Made by a program: the position numbers and the translations under genes. A DNA stretch of 64,000 nucleotides from the NCBI GenBank assembly GCA_040285825.1, contig JAUPSS010000006.1, forward strand, positions 1-64,000, in the 5' to 3' direction. Source of the stretch: Eukaryota sp. TZLM1-RC. Taxonomy: Eukaryota > Protista > Metamonada: BaSk clade. The notes under the pieces are model-generated. The model worked only from the letters and a program-made list of their open reading frames with translations. It ran no database searches and was not told where the DNA came from. Position 1 is the first letter of the stretch, and every line of letters begins with the position of its first letter. Shown in pieces: positions 1 to 13,273 of this stretch.

Positions 1-3000
1 AATTGTTTTATTAGTACAACATTCAATTGTATACTTTTTGATTTTTTTACTTTTTACAATTTAATGTTTAAAAATTAATACACTCAATTAATTCAAATAT
101 ATACAAAATCATTTGAAAATGTAATCATGAGTTTGTACTGATCAAGTAACACATAGCCAACATTACTACACACAATTTCACACAAAGTTTGATCACAAGT
201 TGATCACATCTAGTACATAAAGACTACATGCAACTCATCTAATCATACCAATGACCATTCAACCAATCATACCAATGACTACTCAAATGACCATAGCACG
301 GACTTTAACACCACAATTGTTATATTAATTGTCCCAAAATGGACTTTAAAGATTTGACCAATGATTGTAATAAACAACCATTGGTCAATATACGAAAACT
401 AGGAACTTCATATGAGCCTCAGTAAATCGTATCAAAAACGATACTCTTACACTTACAGCAATTGTTTTTATTAGTTTACAACATTCAATTGTATACTTTT
501 TGATTTTACTTTTTACAATTTAATGTTTTAAAAATTAATACACTCAATTAATTCAAATATATACAAAAATCATTTGAAAATGTAATCATGAGTTTGTACT
601 GATCAAGTAACACATAGCCAACATTACTAACACACAATTTCACACAAAGTTTGATCACAAGTTGATCACATCTAGTACATAAAGACTACATGCAACTCAT
701 CTAATCATACCAATGACCATTCAACCAATCATACCAATGACTAATCAAATGACCATAGCACGGACTTTAACACCACAATTGTTATATTAATTGTCCCAAA
801 ATGGACTTTAAAGATTTGACCAATGATTGTAATAAACAACCATTGGTCAATATACGAAAACTAGGAACTTCATATGAGCCTCAGTAAATCGTATCAAAAA
901 CGATACTCTTACACTTACAGCAATTGTTTTATTAGTTTACAACATTCAATTGTATACTTTTGATTTTTACTTTTTTACAATTTAATGTTTAAAAAAATTA
1001 ATACACTCAATTAATTCAAATATATACAAAATCATTTGAAAATGTAATCATGAGTTTGTACTGATCAAGTAACACATAGCCAACATTACTAACACACAAT
1101 TTCACACAAAGTTTGATCACAAGTTGATCACATCTAGTACATAAAGACTACATGCAACTCATCTAATCATACCAATGACCATTCAACCAATCATACCAAT
1201 GACTAATCAAATGACCATAGCACGGACTTTAACACCACAATTGTTATATTAATTGTCCCAAAATGGACTTTAAAGATTTGACCAATGATTGTAATAAACA
1301 ACCATTGGTCAATATACGAAAACTAGGAACTTCATATGAGCCTCAGTAAATCGTATCAAAAAAACGATACTCTTACACTTACAGCAATTGTTTTATTAGT
1401 TTACAACATTCAATTGTATACTTTTGATTTTTTACTTTTTTTACAATTTAATGTTTAAAAATTAATACACTCAATTAATTCAAATATATACAAAATCATT
1501 TGAAAATGTAATCATGAGTTTGTACTGATCAAGTAACACATAGCCAACATTACTAACACACAATTTCACACAAAGTTTGATCACAAGTTGATCACATCTA
1601 GTACATAAAGACTACATGCAACTCATCTAATCATACCAATGACCATTCAACCAATCATACCAATGACTAATCAAATGACCATAGCACGGACTTTAACACC
1701 ACAATTGTTATATTAATTGTCCCAAAATGGACTTTAAAGATTTGACCAATGATTGTAATAAACAACCATTGGTCAATATACGAAACTAGGAACTTCATAT
1801 GAGCCTCAGTAAATCGTATCAAAAAAACGATACTCTTACACTTACAGCAATTGTTTTATTAGTTTACAACATTCAATTGTATACTTTTGATTTTTTACTT
1901 TTTTACAATTTAATGTTTAAAAATTAATACACTCAATTAATTCAAATATATACAAAATCATTTGAAAATGTAATCATGAGTTTGTACTGATCAAGTAACA
2001 CATAGCCAACATTACTAACACACAATTTCACACAAAGTTTGATCACAAGTTGATCACATCTAGTACATAAAGACTACATGCAACTCATCTAATCATACCA
2101 ATGACCATTCAACCAATCATACCAATGACTAATCAAATGACCATAGCACGGACTTTAACACCACAATTGTTATATTAATTGTCCCAAAATGGACTTTAAA
2201 GATTTGACCAATGATTGTAATAAACAACCATTGGTCAATATACGAAACTAGGAACTTCATATGAGCCTCAGTAAATCGTATCAAAAACGATACTCTTACA
2301 CTTACAGCAATTGTTTTATTAGTTTACAACATTCAATTGTATACTTTTTGATTTTTTACTTTTTTTACAATTTAATGTTTAAAATTAATACACTCAATTA
2401 ATTCAAATATATACAAAATCATTTGAAAATGTAATCATGAGTTTGTACTGATCAAGTAACACATAGCCAACATTACTAACACACAATTTCACACAAAGTT
2501 TGATCACAAGTTGATCACATCTAGTACATAAAGACTACATGCAACTCATCTAATCATACCAATGACCATTCAACCAATCATACCAATGACTAATCAAATG
2601 ACCATAGCACGGACTTTAACACCACAATTGTTATATTAATTGTCCCAAAATGGACTTTAAAGATTTGACCAATGATTGTAATAAACAACCATTGGTCAAT
2701 ATACGAAACTAGGAACTTCATATGAGCCTCAGTAAATCGTATCAAAAACGATACTCTTACACTTACAGCAATTGTTTTTATTAGTTTACAACATTCAATT
2801 GTATACTTTTTGATTTTTTACTTTTTACAATTTAATGTTTAAAATTAATACACTCAATTAATTCAAATATATACAAAATCATTTGAAAATGTAATCATGA
2901 GTTTGTACTGATCAAGTAACACATAGCCAACATTACTAACACACAATTTCACACAAAGTTTGATCACAAGTTGATCACATCTAGTACATAAAGACTACAT

Positions 3001-6000
3001 GCAACTCATCTAATCATACCAATGACCATTCAACCAATCATACCAATGACTAATCAAATGACCATAGCACGGACTTTAACACCACAATTGTTATATTAAT
3101 TGTCCCAAAATGGACTTTAAAGATTTGACCAATGATTGTAATAAACAACCATTGGTCAATATACGAAACTAGGAACTTCATATGAGCCTCAGTAAATCGT
3201 ATCAAAAACGATACTCTTACACTTACAGCAATTGTTTTATTAGTTTACAACATTCAATTGTATACTTTTGATTTTTTACTTTTTTACAATTTAATGTTTA
3301 AAAATTAATACACTCAATTAATTCAAATATATACAAAATCATTTGAAAATGTAATCATGAGTTTGTACTGATCAAGTAACACATAGCCAACATTACTAAC
3401 ACACAATTTCACACAAAGTTTGATCACAAGTTGATCACATCTAGTACATAAAGACTACATGCAACTCATCTAATCATACCAATGACCATTCAACCAATCA
3501 TACCAATGACTAATCAAATGACCATAGCACGGACTTTAACACCACAATTGTTATATTAATTGTCCCAAAATGGACTTTAAAGATTTGACCAATGATTGTA
3601 ATAAACAACCATTGGTCAATATACGAAACTAGGAACTTCATATGAGCCTCAGTAAATCGTATCAAAAACGATACTCTTACACTTACAGCAATTGTTTTAT
3701 TAGTTTACAACATTCAATTGTATACTTTTTGATTTTTACTTTTTTACAATTTAATGTTTAAAAATTAATACACTCAATTAATTCAAATATATACAAAAAT
3801 CATTTGAAAATGTAATCATGAGTTTGTACTGATCAAGTAACACATAGCCAACATTACTAACACACAATTTCACACAAAGTTTGATCACAAGTTGATCACA
3901 TCTAGTACATAAAGACTACATGCAACTCATCTAATCATACCAATGACCATTCAACCAATCATACCAATGACTAATCAAATGACCATAGCACGGACTTTAA
4001 CACCACAATTGTTATATTAATTGTCCCAAAATGGACTTTAAAGATTTGACCAATGATTGTAATAAACAACCATTGGTCAATATACGAAACTAGGAACTTC
4101 ATATGAGCCTCAGTAAATCGTATCAAAAACGATACTCTTACACTTACAGCAATTGTTTTATTAGTTTACAACATTCAATTGTATACTTTTGATTTTTACT
4201 TTTTACAATTTAATGTTTAAAAATTAATACACTCAATTAATTCAAATATATACAAAATCATTTGAAAATGTAATCATGAGTTTGTACTGATCAAGTAACA
4301 CATAGCCAACATTACTAACACACAATTTCACACAAAGTTTGATCACAAGTTGATCACATCTAGTACATAAAGACTACATGCAACTCATCTAATCATACCA
4401 ATGACCATTCAACCAATCATACCAATGACTAATCAAATGACCATAGCACGGACTTTAACACCACAATTGTTATATTAATTGTCCCAAAATGGACTTTAAA
4501 GATTTGACCAATGATTGTAATAAACAACCATTGGTCAATATACGAAACTAGGAACTTCATATGAGCCTCAGTAAATCGTATCAAAAACGATACTCTTACA
4601 CTTACAGCAATTGTTTTATTAGTTTACAACATTCAATTGTATACTTTTGATTTTTTACTTTTTTACAATTTAATGTTTAAAAATTAATACACTCAATTAA
4701 TTCAAATATATACAAAATCATTTGAAAATGTAATCATGAGTTTGTACTGATCAAGTAACACATAGCCAACATTACTAACACACAATTTCACACAAAGTTT
4801 GATCACAAGTTGATCACATCTAGTACATAAAGACTACATGCAACTCATCTAATCATACCAATGACCATTCAACCAATCATACCAATGACTAATCAAATGA
4901 CCATAGCACGGACTTTAACACCACAATTGTTATATTAATTGTCCCAAAATGGACTTTAAAGATTTGACCAATGATTGTAATAAACAACCATTGGTCAATA
5001 TACGAAACTAGGAACTTCATATGAGCCTCAGTAAATCGTATCAAAACGATACTCTTACACTTACAGCAATTGTTTTATTAGTTTACAACATTCAATTGTA
5101 TACTTTTTGATTTTTTACTTTTTTACAATTTAATGTTTAAAAATTAATACACTCAATTAATTCAAATATATACAAAATCATTTGAAAATGTAATCATGAG
5201 TTTGTACTGATCAAGTAACACATAGCCAACATTACTAACACACAATTTCACACAAAGTTTGATCACAAGTTGATCACATCTAGTACATAAAGACTACATG
5301 CAACTCATCTAATCATACCAATGACCATTCAACCAATCATACCAATGACTAATCAAATGACCATAGCACGGACTTTAACACCACAATTGTTATATTAATT
5401 GTCCCAAAATGGACTTTAAAGATTTGACCAATGATTGTAATAAACAACCATTGGTCAATATACGAAACTAGGAACTTCATATGAGCCTCAGTAAATCGTA
5501 TCAAAACGATACTCTTACACTTACAGCAATTGTTTTATTAGTTTACAACATTCAATTGTATACTTTTGATTTTTACTTTTTACAATTTAATGTTTAAAAA
5601 TTAATACACTCAATTAATTCAAATATATACAAAATCATTTGAAAATGTAATCATGAGTTTGTACTGATCAAGTAACACATAGCCAACATTACTAACACAC
5701 AATTTCACACAAAGTTTGATCACAAGTTGATCACATCTAGTACATAAAGACTACATGCAACTCATCTAATCATACCAATGACCATTCAACCAATCATACC
5801 AATGACTAATCAAATGACCATAGCACGGACTTTAACACCACAATTGTTATATTAATTGTCCCAAAATGGACTTTAAAGATTTGACCAATGATTGTAATAA
5901 ACAACCATTGGTCAATATACGAAACTAGGAACTTCATATGAGCCTCAGTAAATCGTATCAAAAACGATACTCTTACACTTACAGCAATTGTTTTATTAGT

Positions 6001-9000
6001 TTACAACATTCAATTGTATACTTTTTGATTTTTTACTTTTTTACAATTTAATGTTTAAAAATTAATACACTCAATTAATTCAAATATATACAAAATCATT
6101 TGAAAATGTAATCATGAGTTTGTACTGATCAAGTAACACATAGCCAACATTACTAACACACAATTTCACACAAAGTTTGATCACAAGTTGATCACATCTA
6201 GTACATAAAGACTACATGCAACTCATCTAATCATACCAATGACCATTCAACCAATCATACCAATGACTAATCAAATGACCATAGCACGGACTTTAACACC
6301 ACAATTGTTATATTAATTGTCCCAAAATGGACTTTAAAGATTTGACCAATGATTGTAATAAACAACCATTGGTCAATATACGAAACTAGGAACTTCATAT
6401 GAGCCTCAGTAAATCGTATCAAAAACGATACTCTTACACTTACAGCAATTGTTTTATTAGTTTACAACATTCAATTGTATACTTTTGATTTTTTACTTTT
6501 TTACAATTTAATGTTTAAAAATTAATACACTCAATTAATTCAAATATATACAAAATCATTTGAAAATGTAATCATGAGTTTGTACTGATCAAGTAACACA
6601 TAGCCAACATTACTAACACACAATTTCACACAAAGTTTGATCACAAGTTGATCACATCTAGTACATAAAGACTACATGCAACTCATCTAATCATACCAAT
6701 GACCATTCAACCAATCATACCAATGACTAATCAAATGACCATAGCACGGACTTTAACACCACAATTGTTATATTAATTGTCCCAAAATGGACTTTAAAGA
6801 TTTGACCAATGATTGTAATAAACAACCATTGGTCAATATACGAAACTAGGAACTTCATATGAGCCTCAGTAAATCGTATCAAAAACGATACTCTTACACT
6901 TACAGCAATTGTTTTATTAGTTTACAACATTCAATTGTATACTTTTTGATTTTTTACTTTGTTTACAATTTAATGTTTAAAAATTAATACACTCAATTAA
7001 TTCAAATATATACAAAATCATTTGAAAATGTAATCATGAGTTTGTACTGATCAAGTAACACATAGCCAACATTACTAACACACAATTTCACACAAAGTTT
7101 GATCACAAGTTGATCACATCTAGTACATAAAGACTACATGCAACTCATCTAATCATACCAATGACCATTCAACCAATCATACCAATGACTAATCAAATGA
7201 CCATAGCACGGACTTTAACACCACAATTGTTATATTAATTGTCCCAAAATGGACTTTAAAGATTTGACCAATGATTGTAATAAACAACCATTGGTCAATA
7301 TACGAAACTAGGAACTTCATATGAGCCTCAGTAAATCGTATCAAAACGATACTCTTACACTTACAGCAATTGTTTTATTAGTTTACAACATTCAATTGTA
7401 TACTTTTTGATTTTTTACTTTTTTACAATTTAATGTTTAAAAATTAATACACTCAATTAATTCAAATATATACAAAATCATTTGAAAATGTAATCATGAG
7501 TTTGTACTGATCAAGTAACACATAGCCAACATTACTAACACACAATTTCACACAAAGTTTGATCACAAGTTGATCACATCTAGTACATAAAGACTACATG
7601 CAACTCATCTAATCATACCAATGACCATTCAACCAATCATACCAATGACTAATCAAATGACCATAGCACGGACTTTAACACCACAATTGTTATATTAATT
7701 GTCCCAAAATGGACTTTAAAGATTTGACCAATGATTGTAATAAACAACCATTGGTCAATATACGAAACTAGGAACTTCATATGAGCCTCAGTAAATCGTA
7801 TCAAAAACGATACTCTTACACTTACAGCAATTGTTTTATTAGTTTACAACATTCAATTGTATACTTTTTGATTTTTACTTTTTTACAATTTAATGTTTAA
7901 AATTAATACACTCAATTAATTCAAATATATACAAAATCATTTGAAAATGTAATCATGAGTTTGTACTGATCAAGTAACACATAGCCAACATTACTAACAC
8001 ACAATTTCACACAAAGTTTGATCACAAGTTGATCACATCTAGTACATAAGGACTACATGCAACTCATCTAATCATACCAATGACCATTCAACCAATCATA
8101 CCAATGACTAATCAAAAAAAAGGACTACCATAGCACGGACTTTAACACCACAATTGTTATATTAATTGTCCCAAAATGGACTTTAAAGATTTGACCAATG
8201 ATTGTAATAAACAACCATTGGTCAATATACGAAACTAGGAACTTCATATGAGCCTCAGTAAATCGTATCAAAACGATACTCTTACACTTACAGCAATTGT
8301 TTTTATTAGTTTACAACATTCAATTGTATACTTTTGATTTTTACTTTTTACAATTTAATGTTTAAAAATTAATACACTCAATTAATTCAAATATATACAA
8401 AATCATTTGAAAATGTAATCATGAGTTTGTACTGATCAAGTAACACATAGCCAACATTACTAACACACAATTTCACACAAAGTTTGATCACAAGTTGATC
8501 ACATCTAGTACATAAAGACTACATGCAACTCATCTAATCATACCAATGACCATTCAACCAATCATACCAATGACTAATCAAATGACCATAGCACGGACTT
8601 TAACACCACAATTGTTATATTAATTGTCCCAAAATGGACTTTAAAGATTTGACCAATGATTGTAATAAACAACCATTGGTCAATATACGAAACTAGGAAC
8701 TTCATATGAGCCTCAGTAAATCGTATCAAAAACGATACTCTTACACTTACAGCAATTGTTTTATTAGTTTACAACATTCAATTGTATACTTTTTGATTTT
8801 TTATTTTTTTTAATGTTTAAAAATTAATACACTCAATTAATTCAAATATATACAAAATCATTTGAAAATGTAATCATGAGTTTGTACTGATCAAGTAACA
8901 CATAGCCAACATTACTAACACACAATTTCACACAAAGTTTGATCACAAGTTGATCACATCTAGTACATAAAGACTACATGCAACTCATCTAATCATACCA

Positions 9001-11924
9001 ATGACCATTCAACCAATCATACCAATGACTAATCAAATGACCATAGCACGGACTTTAACACCACAATTGTTATATTAATTGTCCCAAAATGGACTTTAAA
9101 GATTTGACCAATGATTGTAATAAACAACCATTGGTCAATATACGAAACTAGGAACTTCATATGAGCCTCAGTAAATCGTATCAAAAACGATACTCTTACA
9201 CTTACAGCAATTGTTTTATTAGTTTACAACATTCAATTGTATACTTTTTGATTTTTTATTTTGTTTACAATTTAATGTTTAAAAATTAATACACTCAATT
9301 AATTCAAATATATACAAAATCATTTGAAAATGTAATCATGAGTTTGTACTGATCAAGTAACACATAGCCAACATTACTAACACACAATTTCACACAAAGT
9401 TTGATCACAAGTTGATCACATCTAGTACATAAAGACTACATGCAACTCATCTAATCATACCAATGACCATTCAACCAATCATACCAATGACTAATCAAAT
9501 GACCATAGCACGGACTTTAACACCACAATTGTTATATTAATTGTCCCAAAATGGACTTTAAAGATTTGACCAATGATTGTAATAAACAACCATTGGTCAA
9601 TATACGAAACTAGGAACTTCATATGAGCCTCAGTAAATCGTATCAAAACGATACTCTTACACTTACAGCAATTGTTTTATTAGTTTACAACATTCAATTG
9701 TATACTTTTGATTTTTACTTTTTTACAATTTAATGTTTAAAATTAATACACTCAATTAATTCAAATATATACAAAATCATTTGAAAATGTAATCATGAGT
9801 TTGTACTGATCAAGTAACACATAGCCAACATTACTAACACACAATTTCACACAAAGTTTGATCACAAGTTGATCACATCTAGTACATAAAGACTACATGC
9901 AACTCATCTAATCATACCAATGACCATTCAACCAATCATACCAATGACTAATCAAATGACCATAGCACGGACTTTAACACCACAATTGTTATATTAATTG
10001 TCCCAAAATGGACTTTAAAGATTTGACCAATGATTGTAATAAACAACCATTGGTCAATATACGAAACTAGGAACTTCATATGAGCCTCAGTAAATCGTAT
10101 CAAAAACGATACTCTTACACTTACAGCAATTGTTTTATTAGTTTACAACATTCAATTGTATACTTTTTGATTTTTTATTTTTTTTAATGTTTAAAAATTA
10201 ATACACTCAATTAATTCAAATATATACAAAATCATTTGAAAATGTAATCATGAGTTTGTACTGATCAAGTAACACATAGCCAACATTACTAACACACAAT
10301 TTCACACAAAGTTTGATCACAAGTTGATCACATCTAGTACATAAAGACTACATGCAACTCATCTAATCATACCAATGACCATTCAACCAATCATACCAAT
10401 GACTAATCAAATGACCATAGCACGGACTTTAACACCACAATTGTTATATTAATTGTCCCAAAATGGACTTTAAAGATTTGACCAATGATTGTAATAAACA
10501 ACCATTGGTCAATATACGAAACTAGGAACTTCATATGAGCCTCAGTAAATCGTATCAAAAACGATACTCTTACACTTACAGCAATTGTTTTATTAGTTTA
10601 CAACATTCAATTGTATACTTTTGATTTTTTACTTTTTACAATTTAATGTTTAAAAATTAATACACTCAATTAATTCAAATATATACAAAATCATTTGAAA
10701 ATGTAATCATGAGTTTGTACTGATCAAGTAACACATAGCCAACATTACTAACACACAATTTCACACAAAGTTTGATCACAAGTTGATCACATCTAGTACA
10801 TAAAGACTACATGCAACTCATCTAATCATACCAATGACCATTCAACCAATCATACCAATGACTAATCAAATGACCATAGCACGGACTTTAACACCACAAT
10901 TGTTATATTAATTGTCCCAAAATGGACTTTAAAGATTTGACCAATGATTGTAATAAACAACCATTGGTCAATATACGAAACTAGGAACTTCATATGAGCC
11001 TCAGTAAATCGTATCAAAAACGATACTCTTACACTTACAGCAATTGTTTTATTAGTTTACAACATTCAATTGTATACTTTTTGATTTTTACTATTTTTAC
11101 AATTTAATGTTTAAAAATTAATACACTCAATTAATTCAAATATATACAAAATCATTTGAAAATGTAATCATGAGTTTGTACTGATCAAGTAACACATAGC
11201 CAACATTACTAACACACAATTTCACACAAAGTTTGATCACAAGTTGATCACATCTAGTACATAAAGACTACATGCAACTCATCTAATCATACCAATGACC
11301 ATTCAACCAATCATACCAATGACTACTCAAATGACCATAGCACGGACTTTAACACCACAATTGTTATATTAATTGTCCCAAAATGGACTTTAAAGATTTG
11401 ACCAATGATTGTAATAAACAACCATTGGTCAATATACGAAACTAGGAACTTCATATGAGCCTCAGTAAATCGTATCAAAAACGATACTCTTACACTTACA
11501 GCAATTGTTTTATTAGTTTACAACATTCAATTGTATACTTTTGATTTTTTACTATTTTTACAATTTAATGTTTAAAAATTAATACACTCAATTAATTCAA
11601 ATATATACAAAATCATTTGAAAATGTAATCATGAGTTTGTACTGATCAAGTAACACATAGCCAACATTACTAACACACAATTTCACACAAAGTTTGATCA
11701 CAAGTTGATCACATCTAGTACATAAAGACTACATGCAACTCATCTAATCATACCAATGACCATTCAACCAATCATACCAATGACTAATCAAATGACCATA
11801 GCACGGACTTTAACACCACAATTGTTATATTAATTGTCCCAAAATGGACTTTAAAGATTTGACCAATGATTGTAATAAACAACCATTGGTCAATATACGA
11901 AACTAGGAACTTCATATGAGCCTC

Positions 11925-11936
11925 AGTAAATCGTAT
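11925..11936 (+). repeat. Left target-site duplication (12 bp)
   Basis: AGTAAATCGTAT, identical to 13262-13273. Confidence 0.9.
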
Positions 11937-13261
11937 TAATTTTCAAGCAAATTGGTTTGAAATTGAATTTGACAAAAACCGAAGTGTTTTCAGTTGAAGA
12001 TGATTTCATGTGTTTGGGATCTCCAATAGGTTCTACTGAGTTTGAATCCTCTTTTATAATTCAAAAAGTTCAAAATGAATTGATTCCCAGTTTATTTTTA
12101 TTAAAATCATTACCACTACAAAATCAATTTTTAATATTTAGACATTGTATTAATTCAATTTTGATGTACTGGGCCCGAACAGTTCCCTATGAATCCACCA
12201 GAATGGGTTTTCATCTTTGGGTTTCAGAATTTGTTGCTTATTTCAACTTAATAGGATTGGAAGAATCAAATAATTTTGATTTAATTTATTTGCCTCATTC
12301 TTTGGGTGGATTAGGATTTCTCCATCTGGGCCAAGTTGCACATATTTGCTATTCAGTTTCTGTATACTTGGCTGTACGTGATCTTGATTTAACGAATTTA
12401 ATTCCAAGTGATCAGTATAGGGTTTTACTATCAGCTTTATCACCTTCTTTTGCTGGTTTTGACTCAATCTGGGACAAACGAATTAAAATTTGCCAACGTC
12501 AAATCACTCATTTATTTTATAAGGAGAAATTGAGTCTTTTGAAGGAAAAACTATCAGAATGCGAACGACTACAATTTATTTCAAATTGTGACAGTCAATC
12601 TTCTTGTTTTTTGAAAGTCTTGCCTATTTCTCAAAATTTCACGTTCTCAGATGATTGCTTTAAATACCTAATAAATCTGAGATTGCTTCAAGGAGAACAA
12701 TTTGTGATATGTCCTTTGTGTGGTTATGGAGACCTAGGCTTAGATCACTCTTTTCAATGTAGAAAAGTCTCGAGAATGGTTACACAAAGACATGACGAAG
12801 TAAATAATTTTATTAACGAATTAAATAATTTTGAATCTGAAAAGGAATTTAAATTTGGTTTAAATAAGCAGTTACGTGTTGATGGCTTTCAAACGTCAAC
12901 CAAAATTGCTTTTGATGTTACCATAGTTGGAGGTTATGGTAATAATTGGAGTGATGCTTTTTCGAAAGCTTATTCTGATAAAATTGCAAAGTATTCAATT
13001 TTAAAAGAATTAAATTTAATTAACCAAATTGTTCCTCTCGTTTTTAGTGTTCATGGGGGTTTTTACACTAAAACAAAAGTACTGTTTGACCAATTTGGAT
13101 GGAATGAGTTAGCAAATGAAATTAGTTGTATCATTTTGAAGAATAGCTTTAAATGCCACAGTGCATTTAATTATATACTTCAAAAGAAAAGAGAAGATCG
13201 TCAATGTTGGTAGGTAGTTGTTTTTTAGTATTCAAGTAGTTTCTTCTTAATTTTCAATAAA
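11937..13261 (+). mobile_element. 5'-truncated RLE-class (CRE/R2-like) non-LTR retrotransposon inserted in one repeat unit (family E)
   Basis: Flanked by the direct repeat AGTAAATCGTAT (11925-11936 and 13262-13273), which is single-copy in normal units. Starts mid-RT and has a 48-nt 3' UTR ending in AATAAA. Confidence 0.93.
11957..13213 (+). CDS. C-terminal part of retrotransposon ORF (end of RT, thumb, CCHC zinc knuckle, RLE nuclease); no true start codon
   Basis: GLKLNLTKT (late RT motif), LPHSLGGLG, CPLCG...HSFQC, and RHD...RVDG...FDVTI...KIAKY (PD-(D/E)xK-type RLE). The frame is uninterrupted. Confidence 0.9.
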   Translation: MKLNLTKTEVFSVEDDFMCLGSPIGSTEFESSFIIQKVQNELIPSLFLLKSLPLQNQFLIFRHCINSILMYWARTVPYESTRMGFHLWVSEFVAYFNLIGLEESNNFDLIYLPHSLGGLGFLHLGQVAHICYSVSVYLAVRDLDLTNLIPSDQYRVLLSALSPSFAGFDSIWDKRIKICQRQITHLFYKEKLSLLKEKLSECERLQFISNCDSQSSCFLKVLPISQNFTFSDDCFKYLINLRLLQGEQFVICPLCGYGDLGLDHSFQCRKVSRMVTQRHDEVNNFINELNNFESEKEFKFGLNKQLRVDGFQTSTKIAFDVTIVGGYGNNWSDAFSKAYSDKIAKYSILKELNLINQIVPLVFSVHGGFYTKTKVLFDQFGWNELANEISCIILKNSFKCHSAFNYILQKKREDRQCW

Positions 13262-13273
13262 AGTAAATCGTAT
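13262..13273 (+). repeat. Right target-site duplication (12 bp)
   Basis: AGTAAATCGTAT; the array resumes in register afterwards. Confidence 0.9.

Noticed and set aside
285-340. 5S rRNA (ATGACCATAGCACG resembles a 5S 5' end)
   Set aside because: The rest of 5S (GATC loop, TTAGTAC, closing helix) is absent.
380-460. Hammerhead ribozyme in the repeat unit (CGAAAC...stem...GTA)
   Set aside because: No CTGAnGA core at the required position on either strand.
130-460. U1/U2/U4 snRNA cues (ACTTAC, GATCAC, ATAGCAC, GATCAAGT, AGTATCGT) and a TACTAACACACA branch-point-like motif
   Set aside because: Spacing and context are wrong, there is no U2 GTAGTA, and such short matches are expected by chance.
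8110-8130. Odd A-run insertion in one repeat unit
   Set aside because: Singleton homopolymer anomaly, most likely a base-calling error.
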